64,000 nt of DNA, taken from the NCBI GenBank assembly GCA_964291215.2, contig OZ219791.1, positions 2,752,001 through 2,816,000 on the forward strand. The letters run 5' to 3'. Position numbers and translations under genes: made by a program. Of the stretch, positions 32,196 to 44,491 are shown piece after piece. The notes below the pieces were generated by a model that saw nothing but the letters and a program-made list of their open reading frames with translations, did not search any database and had not been told where the DNA came from. The first letter of the stretch is position 1. Every line of letters starts with the position of its first letter. Origin of the DNA: Alphaproteobacteria bacterium. GTDB taxonomy: Bacteria > Pseudomonadota > Alphaproteobacteria > MPNO01 > UBA830.

Positions 32196-34124
32196 ATGAG
32201 TAGCAGCGCGATAAACATCACCTTGCCGGACGGCAGCGTGAAAACCTTCGACGGTCCCGTCAGCGGCACGGCCATCGCCGCCGGCATCGGGCCGGGGCTC
32301 GCAAAGGCCGCGATCGCCATCGAGATCGCCGGCGAGGTCCTAGACCTCGAGCGGCCGATTGCGCGCGACAGCAAGGTTCGCATCATCACCAGGAAGTCCG
32401 AGGAGGCCCTTGAACTGATCCGCCACGACGCCGCGCACGTCATGGCGCAGGCGGTGCAGGAGCTCTACCCGGGAACGCAGGTAACGATCGGGCCGGCGAT
32501 CGAACACGGCTTCTACTACGACTTCGCCCGCGATACGCCGTTCACCACGGACGATCTCGAAAGGATCGAGGCGCGGATGCGCGAGATCATCGATCGCGAC
32601 CAGAACTTCGTCCGCGAGGAATGGGACAGGGACGACGCGGTTCGCCACTTCGAAGGCGAAGGCGAGGCCTACAAGGCGGAAATCATCCGCGACCTGCCGG
32701 CGGACGAGCCGATCTCGGTCTATCGCCAGGGCGACTGGCTCGACCTCTGCCGCGGCCCCCATCTGCCGTCGACCGGACATGTCGGCAGCGGTTTCAAACT
32801 CCTCAAGGTCGCCGGCGCATACTGGCGCGGGGATTCGCGAAACGAGATGCTGCAGCGCATCTACGGCACCGCGTGGCGCGACGAGATGGAGCTGAAGGCA
32901 CATCTTCACCGCCTTGAGGAGGCGGAGCGTCGCGACCACCGCCGGCTCGGTCGCGAACTCGGGCTGTTCCACTTCCAAGAGGAAGCCGCGGGCAGCGTCT
33001 TCTGGCATCCCAAGGGCTGGATGCTCTACCGCACGCTCGAGACCTACATCCGCTGCCGCCTCGCCGCCGCCGGCTATCAGGAAGTGAAGACGCCGCAGCT
33101 GATCGACCGCGCACTGTGGGAGGATTCGGGACACTGGGACAAGTTCCGCGAGCACATGTTCACCGCCGAATCCGAGGACGGCCGCGTGCTTGCGCTGAAG
33201 CCGATGAACTGCCCGGGCCATGTCCAGATCTTCCGCCAGGGCATCACCAGCTATCGCGACCTGCCGTTCCGCATGGCGGAGTTCGGTTCCTGTCACCGTA
33301 ACGAGCCGTCGGGTGCGCTCCACGGCCTGATGCGGGTGCGCGCGTTCACCCAGGACGATGCGCACATCTTCTGCACCGAAGACCAGATCACCAGCGAGAC
33401 CGCTGCGTTCTGCGATCTCCTGATGAGTGTCTATGGCGATTGCGGCTTCAGCGACGTCACAGTGAAGTTCGCCGACCGTCCGCCGGTGCGCGCCGGCGAG
33501 GACGAGGTATGGGACCGTGCCGAGTCGGCGCTCCTCGAAGCGGTCGAAACGGCCGGGCTCGGCTACACGCTGAACCCGGGCGAGGGTGCGTTCTACGGGC
33601 CCAAGCTCGAGTTCGTGCTCCGCGACGCCATTGGGCGGGACTGGCAGTGCGGCACCCTGCAGGTCGATTTCGTGCTGCCGGAACGGCTCGATGCATCCTA
33701 TGTCAGCGAAGCCGGAGAGAAGCGCCGGCCGGTCATGCTGCACCGCGCCATTCTTGGCTCGTTCGAGCGCTTCATCGGCATCCTGATCGAGCACTATGCC
33801 GGGCGCCTTCCCATGTGGCTCGCGCCCGTGCAGGCCGTGGTCGCTACCATTACCTCCGACGCCGAAGCCTGGGCGGGTGAGGTCGTACAGGCGCTCCGCG
33901 ACGCCGGTGTGCGCGTGCGGTCCGACATCCGCAACGAGAAGATCAATTTCAAGGTGCGCGAGCACAGCGTCGCCAAGGTCCCCGTCATGCTGGTCGTCGG
34001 CCGGCGCGAAGCTGACGCGGGCACCGTTGCCTGGCGGACGCTTGCCGGCGGCAGGCAGGAAGTGCTTGCCTTGGAAGACGCCGTCGCTAGACTTGTGGAC
34101 GAGGGTAGCAGTCCGGCGTTATGA
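32196..34124 (+). CDS. thrS: Threonine--tRNA ligase
   Basis: [47 protein letters not shown]. Confidence 0.97.
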   Translation: MSSSAINITLPDGSVKTFDGPVSGTAIAAGIGPGLAKAAIAIEIAGEVLDLERPIARDSKVRIITRKSEEALELIRHDAAHVMAQAVQELYPGTQVTIGPAIEHGFYYDFARDTPFTTDDLERIEARMREIIDRDQNFVREEWDRDDAVRHFEGEGEAYKAEIIRDLPADEPISVYRQGDWLDLCRGPHLPSTGHVGSGFKLLKVAGAYWRGDSRNEMLQRIYGTAWRDEMELKAHLHRLEEAERRDHRRLGRELGLFHFQEEAAGSVFWHPKGWMLYRTLETYIRCRLAAAGYQEVKTPQLIDRALWEDSGHWDKFREHMFTAESEDGRVLALKPMNCPGHVQIFRQGITSYRDLPFRMAEFGSCHRNEPSGALHGLMRVRAFTQDDAHIFCTEDQITSETAAFCDLLMSVYGDCGFSDVTVKFADRPPVRAGEDEVWDRAESALLEAVETAGLGYTLNPGEGAFYGPKLEFVLRDAIGRDWQCGTLQVDFVLPERLDASYVSEAGEKRRPVMLHRAILGSFERFIGILIEHYAGRLPMWLAPVQAVVATITSDAEAWAGEVVQALRDAGVRVRSDIRNEKINFKVREHSVAKVPVMLVVGRREADAGTVAWRTLAGGRQEVLALEDAVARLVDEGSSPAL

Positions 34125-34187
34125 TACGACGAAACAGCTTCGTGGCCGCCGCGCTGGCCGACAGTTGACAATTCGAGGAGAAAATCG

Positions 34188-34724
34188 ATCGCACGACCCC
34201 CGCTGACCGAGCCGCCCGTGAGGGACGATCGGCTCGTGAACGATTCGATCCAGGCGCCGGAGGTGCGCCTCATAGATGCCGCCGGCGAACAGGTAGGTGT
34301 CGTTTCCCGCGAAGCAGCGCTCGAACAAGCCGCCGACAGCGGGCTGGATTTGGTCATCGTTGCCGTCAATGCCGAACCGCCGGTCTGCAAGATCATGGAT
34401 TACGGCAAATTCAAGTATGACGAGCAGAAAAAACGGAACGAGGCCCGGAAGAAGCAAAAAACGATTGACGTCAAGGAAGTGAAGCTTCGTCCCGGGATCG
34501 ATACCCACGATTACGAGATCAAGATGCGGTCGATGAAGAAATTTCTCGACGAGGGTGACAAGGTGAAGGTCACCATGCGCTTCCGCGGCCGCGAAATGGT
34601 GCACCAGGACATCGGCGCGAAGGTGCTCGACCGGGTGCGGGAGGATCTCGACGGGCGCGTCAAGATCGAGCAGTTCCCCAAGATCGAAGGCCGCCAGATG
34701 GTGATGGTGCTGGCGCCGCGCTGA
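34188..34724 (+). CDS. infC: Translation initiation factor IF-3, non-canonical ATC start
   Basis: GAGGAG RBS 7 nt before an in-frame ATC; [26 protein letters not shown]. Confidence 0.93.
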   Translation: MARPPLTEPPVRDDRLVNDSIQAPEVRLIDAAGEQVGVVSREAALEQAADSGLDLVIVAVNAEPPVCKIMDYGKFKYDEQKKRNEARKKQKTIDVKEVKLRPGIDTHDYEIKMRSMKKFLDEGDKVKVTMRFRGREMVHQDIGAKVLDRVREDLDGRVKIEQFPKIEGRQMVMVLAPR

Positions 34725-34753
34725 TGGCGGCTCCGGTTCGGCGCCGGCTGCCG

Positions 34754-34939
34754 CTAGTTGTCGGCGGAACTGTCCGAGGCAGGTACGTGGACAAACCTGC
34801 GGCCGCAATACGGGCACTCGACCTCGCCATCCTCCAGCGTAAGGAAGATCCTCGGATGCCCGAGCACACCGTCGCCGTCGCAGGCGACCCTCCGGGCCGC
34901 GGTCTCGACGGTCTCCAGGGGGGGGGATGCTGTCGCCAT
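34754..34939 (-). CDS. Small zinc-finger (zf-CHCC) protein
   Basis: VACDGDGVLGHPRIF...CPYCGRRF. Confidence 0.8.
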   Translation of the reverse strand: MATASPPLETVETAARRVACDGDGVLGHPRIFLTLEDGEVECPYCGRRFVHVPASDSSADN

Positions 34940-35002
34940 GGTCCCGTTGTTCTCCGAGAAGGTCTTTGCCGGAAGCGGACGGCTCGAACCCCTGTTCGCG
35001 CC

Positions 35003-36031
35003 GTGCCGTCGCCCGCATCGTCATGCGGGGGCGATGATAACCGATCCGGCAGGCCGGCAAAAGACGCGGCCGCGGCGGGTCTGCTGCTCGTTATCGCGGT
35101 TCTGGCCGGTTGCGCCGTGCCGCAGGCGGTCCTGCCGGTGCCGCCGCCCGCAGCGTCGCGGATGACGGACGATCGCATCCTTGCCGGCGATGGCGCTGTC
35201 CTGCCGCTGCGCCGCTGGATGCCTGAGGGCCGGCCGCACGCTGTCATCGTCGCGCTCCACGGCTTTAACGACTATTCGAAGGCCTTCGACGCTCCCGCGT
35301 CATACTGGATGTCGCAGGGAATCGCGACCTACGCTTACGATCAGCGCGGCTTCGGCCGCGGTCCGCAGCGCGGACTCTGGGCGGGCCAAGATGTTCTGGC
35401 ATCAGATGCCGCCGCCGCGGTCTCGCTCGTGCGCGGCCGCTATCCCGGTGTGCCGGTCCATGTTCTCGGCGAGAGCATGGGCGGAGCTGTTGCCATGATC
35501 GCCGCCGCGGCGGGACTGTTTGAGGCCGACGGGTTGATTCTGGTGGCGCCCGCTGTCGGGGGTCCGCGCTATCTCGGGCCGGTGCTGCGGGGCTTGTTGT
35601 GGCTCGCGTCGCGCATGGTCCCCTGGTTTCCGGTCACCGCCGAGGGGCTGAGCATCCGTCCCTCCGACAATGCCGGGATGCTGCGCCGGCTTGGACAGGA
35701 TCCGCTGGTGATCAAGCAGACCCGGATTGCAACTGTCGAGGGGCTGGTCCAGGCGATGGACGGGGCGCAGGCGGCTGCGGGGCGCCTCCATATTCCGGCG
35801 CTGTTGCTCTACGGGTCGCGGGACGAACTGGTGCGGTCAAGGCCGTTTCGCGATGCAGTGGCCGCCCTTCCCCCGGAAGCTGGCCACCGGACGGCGGTCT
35901 ACAAGTCCGGCTGGCACATGCTGCTCCGGGATCTTGAAGCGAAGATCGTGCATGACGATATCGCGGCGTGGATCGCGGATCGCCGTGCGCCCCTGCCTTC
36001 CGGCGCCGACCGCGTATGGCAGGGGAAGTGA
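35003..36031 (+). CDS. Lysophospholipase-like alpha/beta hydrolase, probable lipoprotein
   Basis: LAGC lipobox, ALHGFNDY, YDQRGFG, GESMGG, GWHMLLRD; start uncertain. Confidence 0.8.
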   Translation: MPSPASSCGGDDNRSGRPAKDAAAAGLLLVIAVLAGCAVPQAVLPVPPPAASRMTDDRILAGDGAVLPLRRWMPEGRPHAVIVALHGFNDYSKAFDAPASYWMSQGIATYAYDQRGFGRGPQRGLWAGQDVLASDAAAAVSLVRGRYPGVPVHVLGESMGGAVAMIAAAAGLFEADGLILVAPAVGGPRYLGPVLRGLLWLASRMVPWFPVTAEGLSIRPSDNAGMLRRLGQDPLVIKQTRIATVEGLVQAMDGAQAAAGRLHIPALLLYGSRDELVRSRPFRDAVAALPPEAGHRTAVYKSGWHMLLRDLEAKIVHDDIAAWIADRRAPLPSGADRVWQGK

Positions 36032-36181
36032 GACGCGCAGCGGTTCGGGTGAGCCGGACCGTACAGGACGCGTCATCTTCTCGGGTGCGGCTGTCCGGTG
36101 CGTTCCGGCAGTCGCCTTGATGCTCGGCGGTGCCCGGCGCTCCGTGAAGGCGCGGCTTGCTGCCGCGGCTGCCGGGCTCTA

Positions 36182-36942
<761 letters not shown>

Positions 36943-36952
36943 GCGCCACGCC

Positions 36953-38266
36953 TTGAGTCCCACTTGGACAGGAATTGTCGGCCTTCTGGCGCTGTTCGTG
37001 CTGCTCGGCATGCGCATGCCGGTGGCGGTCGTGATGACGCTGCTCGGGATCATCGGCATCTGGGTGCTCAACAGCTGGAGCGCGGCGATGTCGACGCTCG
37101 CTGACGAGGCGTGGGTCATCGTTTCCAACTACGAGTTCATCGTCATTCCCCTGTTCATCCTCATGGGGAACTTCGCTTCGATCTCCGGCATGAGCCGCGA
37201 CCTCTACACGGCCGCCTATTCTTGCCTCGGCCACTGGCGCGGCGGTCTTGCCTCGGCGACGATTGCTGCCTGCGCCGGCTTCGCGGCCCTGTCAGGGTCC
37301 TCGGTCGCCTCGGCCGTGACCATGGGGCGCGTTTCGCTTCCCGAGATGCGGCGCTACAAGTACTCCAACCGTCTCGCCACCGGCGCGATCGCGGCCGGCG
37401 GCACCCTTGGCATCCTGATCCCGCCGAGCACCGGCTTCATCATCTATGCTATCCTCGTGGAGGAGTCGATCGGACGGCTGTTCCTTGCGGGCGTGCTGCC
37501 CGGTCTGCTCCTGACCGTACTGTTCATGATCCAGATAGCGATCATGACGCGCCTCAATCCGGAACTCGGTCCGGCCGGGCCGCGCTCAAACTATCGCGAG
37601 CGGGCCGCGTCCATCGCCCAGGCCGGACCTATGATCGTGATCGTGCTGATCACCATCGGGGGTATCTACACCGGCATCTTCACCCCGACCGAGGCGGCCG
37701 CCGTTGGAGCGATGCTCGCCTTCCTGCTGGCGCTGACCCGTCGGCGGGTTACCGGCGAATCGATGTCGAAGGTGCTCCTGCAGACGGTCCGCACGACAGG
37801 ACTAGCCTTCTTCATCCTGATCGGGGCGCACATCTTCAATCCGTTCATGGCCCTGACCGAGATTCCGTCCGACCTCGCAGCCCTTCTGATCGACGCCGAA
37901 TTGCCGCGCACCGTCATCATGCTGATCATCATGGCGGCCTATGTGGTTCTCGGGACTTTTCTCGAAGGGTTCGCCATGCTGGTGCTGACGCTACCGATCG
38001 TGCACCCGTTGATCGTTGAGCTCGGATACGACTCGATCTGGTTCGGCGTGGTTGTCGTCATCGTCATAGAGATGGGCCTGATCAGCCCGCCGGTGGGCGT
38101 GAACGTCTTTGTCGTGAAGGGGATCGCCGAGGATGTACCGCTGCGGGAGATCTTTGCCGGCATCGTGCCGTTCTGGATCGCGATGATGGTCTGCCTCCTG
38201 ATACTCCTCGCCTTTCCCGAAATCGCGCTGTTCCTGCCCGACACCATGATCGAATCGTTCGACTGA
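36953..38266 (+). CDS. TRAP transporter large permease (DctM-like)
   Basis: IPLFILMG, SGSSVA, GGTLGILIPPS, FTPTEAA, GLISPPVG. Confidence 0.92.
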   Translation: MSPTWTGIVGLLALFVLLGMRMPVAVVMTLLGIIGIWVLNSWSAAMSTLADEAWVIVSNYEFIVIPLFILMGNFASISGMSRDLYTAAYSCLGHWRGGLASATIAACAGFAALSGSSVASAVTMGRVSLPEMRRYKYSNRLATGAIAAGGTLGILIPPSTGFIIYAILVEESIGRLFLAGVLPGLLLTVLFMIQIAIMTRLNPELGPAGPRSNYRERAASIAQAGPMIVIVLITIGGIYTGIFTPTEAAAVGAMLAFLLALTRRRVTGESMSKVLLQTVRTTGLAFFILIGAHIFNPFMALTEIPSDLAALLIDAELPRTVIMLIIMAAYVVLGTFLEGFAMLVLTLPIVHPLIVELGYDSIWFGVVVVIVIEMGLISPPVGVNVFVVKGIAEDVPLREIFAGIVPFWIAMMVCLLILLAFPEIALFLPDTMIESFD

Positions 38267-38667
38267 GGCGCCCCCGAGCACCGCCCTGATGCAAATCCCG
38301 TCATGTGAAGAGAGGCTCGCGACACATCATTGCGGATACGTTAGGTGTCGACTACAGCACCAGACACCAGCGCGGCCCGGAGTTTTGATGTCCATGAACT
38401 CCGTCCCAATTCCGGCACGCGGTCCATCCGGTGCGGGAGAGGCTGCTGCGCCGCCCCATGGCTCGCCTGAAGCCGGAAATTACGGTCAAGAAGACCGGTC
38501 CGAGACGGCGCAAGTCCCGATGCACTCAGATTCTGCATCAGATGGGATCACCGTCACCGCTCTGGAACCGGCATTGACAGTCCCGCACACGCATAGCAAA
38601 CTCCCGTCGGATGCGGTGTGCTGCAGGCCTCCGATCTGTCCCACCGTTTCAATCAAGGGGATGTCCG

Positions 38668-39675
38668 ATGACCAGAATCACGACTTCGATGATCACCGCT
38701 TTTCTTGTCCTTGTCGGCCCATCGCTCGCGGTTGCCGCCGACCTCAAGGTGGCGTTCTTTCCCGGGCCGAAGCATCCGATCAACGCACGCATGCTGGCGC
38801 CGTGGGCCGACGGAATAAACGCCCAGAAGGCCGGTCTGCAAGTGAAGATCTTCGTTGCCGGCAAGCTGGGCAAGGGCCCGGCCAAGCAGTTCAAGCGCGC
38901 GCTTGATCGCGTTGCCGACGCCTCGTTCGGGCTGCAGGGATACACGTCGAAACAGTTCCGCGCGACCACGCTCGTCGAACTTGCGAATATCATGACGAGC
39001 GCCAAGGAAGGCACCCGAGCGCTGAACGCCGCCTATGCGAAATCCGAAGCGCTCCGCAAGGAATATTCCAGGGTGAAGGTGCTGGCGCTCTGGACCATCG
39101 ATCCGCCGATGATCATGACCAAGGACAAGCCGATCAAGACGGTAGCCGACCTCAAGGGCCTCAAACTGCGCACGCCGTCGCAGATGTCGGCGCGCTCGAT
39201 CAAGGCGCTGGGCGCCGTTCCCGTGCCGATGCCGATCACCAAGCTCTACAACGCCCTTGCCCGCGGCACCGTGGACGGGGTTCTGGTCTCTCCAACCGTG
39301 CTGCACACCTTCAAGATCAAGGAGGTCACGCGGCATTTCGCCCATGGCGTTCCGTTCGGCTCGTCGCCGATGTTCATCGTGATGAACCGTGACAGCTGGA
39401 ATGAGCTGTCGTCCGCCCACAAAGACATCATCACCAAGTCCGTGGGGACGAATTGGGGTAATGTCGGCGGCCGGATCTATGACGAGGAGAATGCCAAGGG
39501 CATCAAGTTCCTCACCGGATCGAAGGCGCATAACCTCGTCAAGCTGCCGGACGCCGAAGTTCGCAAGGCGCTGGAGATGCTCGCCAAGCTCGAACAGGAA
39601 GTTGTCGCCGAATGGGAGAAGCAGGGCATTCCGGCGACGGAAATCCTCAAGATTATGCGTGCTGCCGGCGCCTGA
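38668..39675 (+). CDS. TRAP substrate-binding protein (DctP-like)
   Basis: Signal peptide, DLKGLKLRTP, LGAVPVPMP, LARGTVDG. Confidence 0.9.
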   Translation: MTRITTSMITAFLVLVGPSLAVAADLKVAFFPGPKHPINARMLAPWADGINAQKAGLQVKIFVAGKLGKGPAKQFKRALDRVADASFGLQGYTSKQFRATTLVELANIMTSAKEGTRALNAAYAKSEALRKEYSRVKVLALWTIDPPMIMTKDKPIKTVADLKGLKLRTPSQMSARSIKALGAVPVPMPITKLYNALARGTVDGVLVSPTVLHTFKIKEVTRHFAHGVPFGSSPMFIVMNRDSWNELSSAHKDIITKSVGTNWGNVGGRIYDEENAKGIKFLTGSKAHNLVKLPDAEVRKALEMLAKLEQEVVAEWEKQGIPATEILKIMRAAGA

Positions 39676-39738
39676 CGCCGGCGACCGGAAAGATCCCGTC
39701 AGAATCAGGGGGTCTTCCCGGCCCCAGGGGTAGCCGGA

Positions 39739-40053
39739 ATGCTCTACGCGATATATGGCGTCGACGGGGCTGACGCCGACCGCATACGCGCCGAGAACCG
39801 TGAGGCGCACTTCGCCTATCTCGAGCGCTGCAGGGATATTCTCGTGCTCGGCGGGGCGACTCTTGCTGACGACAGCGACGCCCGGACCGGCAGCCTCCTG
39901 ATCATCAACGTCCGGTCGCGCGCCGAGGCCGACGCGTTCGCGGCGGCGGAACCGTTCAACAGGGCCGGCCTGTTTCGCGAGCATGTGGTTACCCGCATGC
40001 GCCGGGGGCAATGGAATCCCGAGGCTGCGCCGGCAACCGCGGAAGGCGACTGA
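39739..40053 (+). CDS. YciI-family protein
   Basis: RAENREAHFAYL, TGSLLI, EPFNRAGLF. Confidence 0.8.
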   Translation: MLYAIYGVDGADADRIRAENREAHFAYLERCRDILVLGGATLADDSDARTGSLLIINVRSRAEADAFAAAEPFNRAGLFREHVVTRMRRGQWNPEAAPATAEGD

Positions 40054-40215
40054 ACGGCGGATCGCTGAAGCAGGCGGGCGCCGATTGATCCGCAGCTTGC
40101 CGCTCCGCCAGCCGCCTGACACCCAGTTACTGCGCGACGTACGGATGGGACGACGACGGCGTGGCAGCGGTCACGTGCCTGTTCCGGAACTGCCGTCGGC
40201 CCGGAGCCGGCAGTT

Positions 40216-40884
40216 TCAGAAATCGAGATCGGTGTAGTGGGGTGGCGGCGGATTGCCCGGCAGGCGGTCTGCCAGGATCGCCCGAAAGGACGGGCGCGAC
40301 TTGATGCGTGCGTACCACTCCTTGACCACAGGATAGTCCGCCCATGGAACGTCATCGAGATAGTCGAGGCAGGATAGGTGCGCGCTTGCAGCGATGTCCG
40401 AGGCCGAGAACATCTCACCTGCCAGCCATTTTCTCCGGTCAAGCAGCGACGAGGCGTATTCCAGGTGGCGCCGGATATTCTCATGGCCGCTGTGGATCGA
40501 GCGCGAATCCGGAGATCCTTGGCCGAGCAGGTGCTTGAGGACCTTCTCGCCGACTAGGCAACGGGTGACCTCGTCGTTGAAACTGCCGGCGAGCCAGCCG
40601 ACCAGCCGTCGGATCTCGGCGCGCGCCGTCGCCGTGCCAGGATAGAGGGCGGGATCGGGGTGCTCTTCCTCCAGATATTCGGCGATTGCCGCGGCATCCG
40701 ACAGGGCCGTTCCCTTGTCGTCCGTGAGAATCGGCACGCCGCCGGCCGGTGTTCCGGCAAGGCCTTCCGAATCCCGCCCCGAAAGATCCTGCGGATGGAG
40801 TTCGAAGTCGAGAGCCTTCTCCCCGAGGACGATCCGGACCTTGCGGCAGGGTGCGGACAGTGGCAGGTGATGCAGCGTGTACAT
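40216..40884 (-). CDS. Glutathione S-transferase family protein (FzlA-like)
   Basis: RKVRIVLGEK, AIAEYLEE, WYARIKSRPSFR, C-terminal HYTDLDF. Confidence 0.85.
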   Translation of the reverse strand: MYTLHHLPLSAPCRKVRIVLGEKALDFELHPQDLSGRDSEGLAGTPAGGVPILTDDKGTALSDAAAIAEYLEEEHPDPALYPGTATARAEIRRLVGWLAGSFNDEVTRCLVGEKVLKHLLGQGSPDSRSIHSGHENIRRHLEYASSLLDRRKWLAGEMFSASDIAASAHLSCLDYLDDVPWADYPVVKEWYARIKSRPSFRAILADRLPGNPPPPHYTDLDF

Positions 40885-41095
40885 GATTGCAATCTAGCCG
40901 GATCGGGGCGCCTCGAAAACAACCCTGGACAGCTTTCCGAACCCGGCATACCGCATGCGCTTTCCTGCTGTCCGCATGCTGGCGGTTCTGAAGGATCGTC
41001 GACAGCGGTTGCCGCCCGGGGGCACTCGGCGTACTATTTCGGCGTGCTGCGGGTCCGTGGCGACTCCCCTGATGGATGCGATCCTCATTTCCGAC

Positions 41096-41851
41096 ATGCC
41101 CGAGCCCGCAATCAAGGTCGAGAAGCTCACGAAGCACTTCGGCGAAATCATCGCGGTCGACGGGGTGAGTTTCAAGGTTCCCGAAGGCAGCGTGTTGGGG
41201 CTCCTCGGTGGCAACGGTGCGGGCAAGACCACGACGATCTCGATGCTGCTCGGGCTGCTGACGCCGACATCCGGTCTCGTCAGCGTACTCGGCGTCGACA
41301 TGTGGAAGGACCGCTACAGGATCCTCTCGCAGATCAATTTCTCGTCGCCCTATGTCGACCTGCCCAAGCGCCTGACGAGCCGCGAGAACCTCCTCGTCTA
41401 TGCCCGGCTCTACGGCCTTCCGCAGCCGGCCCGGCGGGTAGCGGAACTGGCGGATGACCTCGCTATCGGCGACTTCATGGAACGGCCGTTCGGCGAATTG
41501 TCGTCAGGCCAGAAGACCCGCGTGTCGCTCGCCAAGTCGCTCCTTAACAAGCCGAGGCTGCTGTTGCTCGACGAGCCCACGGCGTCGCTCGACCCCGACG
41601 CCGCGGACTGGGTGCGCGGCTATCTGGGCGATTTTCGCAAGCAGCATGGCGGCACCATTCTGCTCGCATCGCACAACATGATCGAGGTCGAACGCATGTG
41701 TGACGATGTGCTGATGATGAAAGCGGGGCGCATCGTCGATCACAACACGCCGACAGCGCTTCTCGCCCGATACGGGCGGGCAAATCTCGAAGACGTGTTT
41801 CTTGACATTGCCCGGAACCGCGATGCGGGCGCCGCGGCAGCCGCTTCATGA
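41096..41851 (+). CDS. ABC-2 type transporter ATP-binding protein
   Basis: GGNGAGKTT, LSSGQ, LLDEPT, SH. Confidence 0.9.
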   Translation: MPEPAIKVEKLTKHFGEIIAVDGVSFKVPEGSVLGLLGGNGAGKTTTISMLLGLLTPTSGLVSVLGVDMWKDRYRILSQINFSSPYVDLPKRLTSRENLLVYARLYGLPQPARRVAELADDLAIGDFMERPFGELSSGQKTRVSLAKSLLNKPRLLLLDEPTASLDPDAADWVRGYLGDFRKQHGGTILLASHNMIEVERMCDDVLMMKAGRIVDHNTPTALLARYGRANLEDVFLDIARNRDAGAAAAAS

Positions 41852-42675
41852 TCCCACCCCTGGGCGACCCGCCCAGCCGCTTGTTCTCGCCCGCGCGCAT
41901 TGTCGCGATGGCGCTACGCTATTTCTACCTGCTGCGCGGCTCCTGGCCACGCATCGTCGAGCTCGGCTACTGGCCGACCATGCAGATGCTCATCTGGGGT
42001 TTCATGTCCCAGTTTCTCGCCGATCACTCCGAATGGTTCATGCGTGCCGGTGGTATCTTGATCGGCGCGGTGCTGCTCTGGGACATCATGTTCCGGTCGA
42101 ACATCGGCGTGACCATCTCGTTTCTCGAGGAGATGTGGTCCCGCAATCTCGGCCAGCTCTTCGCGAGCCCGCTCCGGCCCTATGAGTGGGCCGTGTCCCT
42201 GCTCGTCATCAGCGGCATCCGGACCGTGATCGGCGTGGTTCCGGCTGCGCTGCTTGCCATACCGCTCTACCACTACTCGATCTTCGACATGGGCTTCGCT
42301 CTCATCGCGTTTTTTGTGAACCTCCTGATCTTCGGATCTGCCGTCGGGCTGGCGGTGTCGGGGCTGATCCTCCGCTTCGGGCTCGGAGCCGAGAGTCTCG
42401 CTTGGGCTGCGATATTCGCCGTCGCCCCGCTCAGCGGAATCTACTATCCGATTGCGACGCTGCCGGGTTGGCTGCAGCCGGTTGCGCTGGCACTGCCGTC
42501 GGCGCATGTATTCGAGGGCATGCGGGCGGCTGCCATCGACGGCGTGTTCCTGCTCGACCGGTTCGTCTGGTCGGTGGGGCTCAACGCCGTCTTCCTCGCC
42601 ATCGGGCTCGGCGCGTTTCTCTTCGCGTTCAGCCTGGCCCGCCGCCGGGGACAGTTGATGCAGATGGGCGAATAG
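41848..42675 (+). CDS. ABC-2 type transporter permease
   Basis: Six hydrophobic segments, GIYYPIATLPGWLQ; ATGA overlap with the ATPase gene. Confidence 0.88.
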   Translation: MIPPLGDPPSRLFSPARIVAMALRYFYLLRGSWPRIVELGYWPTMQMLIWGFMSQFLADHSEWFMRAGGILIGAVLLWDIMFRSNIGVTISFLEEMWSRNLGQLFASPLRPYEWAVSLLVISGIRTVIGVVPAALLAIPLYHYSIFDMGFALIAFFVNLLIFGSAVGLAVSGLILRFGLGAESLAWAAIFAVAPLSGIYYPIATLPGWLQPVALALPSAHVFEGMRAAAIDGVFLLDRFVWSVGLNAVFLAIGLGAFLFAFSLARRRGQLMQMGE

Positions 42676-42692
42676 GTGGACAGGAGGCGCTA

Positions 42693-44429
42693 GTGACGGG
42701 AACACCGGACAGTGACGGCCGGACGGCCGGATGGGATCGCGAGGTCGACTTCGTGGTGGCCGGCGCCGGACCGGCCGGCATGGCCGCGGCGCTTGCCGGC
42801 GCAATCGAGGGCCTCGCCGTCCTCGTCTGCGAGAAGTCGGCGCAGGCCGGCGGTACCGGCGCGACATCGGCGGGGACGCTCTGGATTCCCGCCAACAGCC
42901 AGGGGCGCGAGGCCGGCTATACGGACTCCGCTGCCGATGGCGCGAAATATCTCGAAGCCGTCGCCGGCCGGCCCGACGACGATGTCGCCGCGCTGCGCGA
43001 GGTCTATTTCAGGGACGGACCCGGGATCATCGACTACTTCACGGAGCATTCCGAGCTGCGTTTCGTTGCCTGCGGTACCCATCCCGACTACCGCAACAAC
43101 CAGCCGGGGGCCGCGGTCGACGGCCGGGCGATAGTGCCCGAACTGTTCGACGGACGGCTGCTCGGCGCCGAGTTCGAACGCGTGCGGCCGCCGATCGAGG
43201 AGTTCATGCTGTTGGGCGGCATGATGGTCAGCAAGGAGGACATCGGGCTGCTGGTCGACCGTTATCGGACGCCGGGCGGCCTTGTTCACGCGGTGTGCCT
43301 CCTCGCCCGCTACGTTCTTGACCGTCTGCGCTACAGCCGCGGCACCCGGCTGACGATGGGAAATGCCCTCGTCGGGCGTCTCTATTACAGCCTCCGCAAG
43401 CGCAACGTGCCGGTGTTGTTCGAGACCGCCATCGTCGACCTCGTCCGTGAGGACGGGAACGTCACCGGTGCCGTGATCGAGGATGAAAACGGCAGATCCC
43501 GCATCCGTGCCAGAACGGGTGTTGTTCTCGCGACCGGCGGTTTCGCACGCAGTGAGAAATTTCGCGAGATGTTCATGCCTGAAGCGGCGCGCCCGAGATC
43601 TATGACCCTCGGCGAATGTACAGGCGACGGGCTCGGCATGGCGACCGCTGTCGGCGGCCATATCCGCACGGACGGGCACGGGTCGAGTTCGTTCTGGTCG
43701 CCGGTGTCGGTGACTAGGAGGTCCGATGGCAGTGAGGGGCTGTTCCCGCACCTTTCGCTTGACCGCGCCAAGCCCGGGCTGATCGCCGTCAATTCGGCAG
43801 GACGGCGGTTCGTCAACGAGGCCATCTCCTACCACGATTTCGTGGAAGCCATGTACCGTTCGCACGAGATCATCGACACCATGCCCGCCTGGCTGGTCTG
43901 CGACGCGGCCTTCGTGCGGAGTTTCGGGCTCGGCGCCATCCATCCGGGGACGCGGAATCTCCGACCATTCGCCGACAGCGGCTACATCACCCTGTCTCCA
44001 ACGCTTGATGGCCTTGCTGCTGCAATCGGTGTCGACGGCGCCGGGCTCGCGGACGCCGTGACGCGCCACAACCGGCACGCCGAGGACGGGTCGGATCCCG
44101 ACTTCGGCAAGGGCGACGACGCGTTCAACCGCTTCAATGGCGATCCCGGCCGCGTACCCAACCCGTGCCTCGGCCCCATCGCAAGCCCGCCCTATGTTGC
44201 GGTGGCGGTATGGCCGGCCGAGATCGGCTGCAGCATCGGCCTCGCGACGACGCCGGACGGCGAGGTCTTGGACGAGAAGGGCTGCGTAATCCCCGGCCTT
44301 TACGCTTGCGGCAACGACATGTCATCGATCATGAGCGGCAACTACCCGGGACCCGGAATCACGCTCGGGCCGGCCTTTGTTTTCGGCTACCGGGCAGCTC
44401 GGCATGCAGCCGCCCGCACGGGCGCCTGA
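42693..44429 (+). CDS. FAD-dependent oxidoreductase (3-ketosteroid dehydrogenase / FAD_binding_2 like)
   Basis: GAGPAG, GGTGATSAG, VLATGGF, GRRFVNE, IPGLYACGN, YPGPGITLG. Confidence 0.88.
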   Translation: MTGTPDSDGRTAGWDREVDFVVAGAGPAGMAAALAGAIEGLAVLVCEKSAQAGGTGATSAGTLWIPANSQGREAGYTDSAADGAKYLEAVAGRPDDDVAALREVYFRDGPGIIDYFTEHSELRFVACGTHPDYRNNQPGAAVDGRAIVPELFDGRLLGAEFERVRPPIEEFMLLGGMMVSKEDIGLLVDRYRTPGGLVHAVCLLARYVLDRLRYSRGTRLTMGNALVGRLYYSLRKRNVPVLFETAIVDLVREDGNVTGAVIEDENGRSRIRARTGVVLATGGFARSEKFREMFMPEAARPRSMTLGECTGDGLGMATAVGGHIRTDGHGSSSFWSPVSVTRRSDGSEGLFPHLSLDRAKPGLIAVNSAGRRFVNEAISYHDFVEAMYRSHEIIDTMPAWLVCDAAFVRSFGLGAIHPGTRNLRPFADSGYITLSPTLDGLAAAIGVDGAGLADAVTRHNRHAEDGSDPDFGKGDDAFNRFNGDPGRVPNPCLGPIASPPYVAVAVWPAEIGCSIGLATTPDGEVLDEKGCVIPGLYACGNDMSSIMSGNYPGPGITLGPAFVFGYRAARHAAARTGA

Positions 44430-44491
44430 AGCCGGGCGGGGGCATTGCTGCAGAGCGCTGGCGGCGGCAGAGGATAGTCAGGGACGATGCC

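Noticed and set aside
34188-34190. ATC start codon of infC
   Set aside because: Non-canonical infC starts are established autoregulation; annotated as a feature, not novel.
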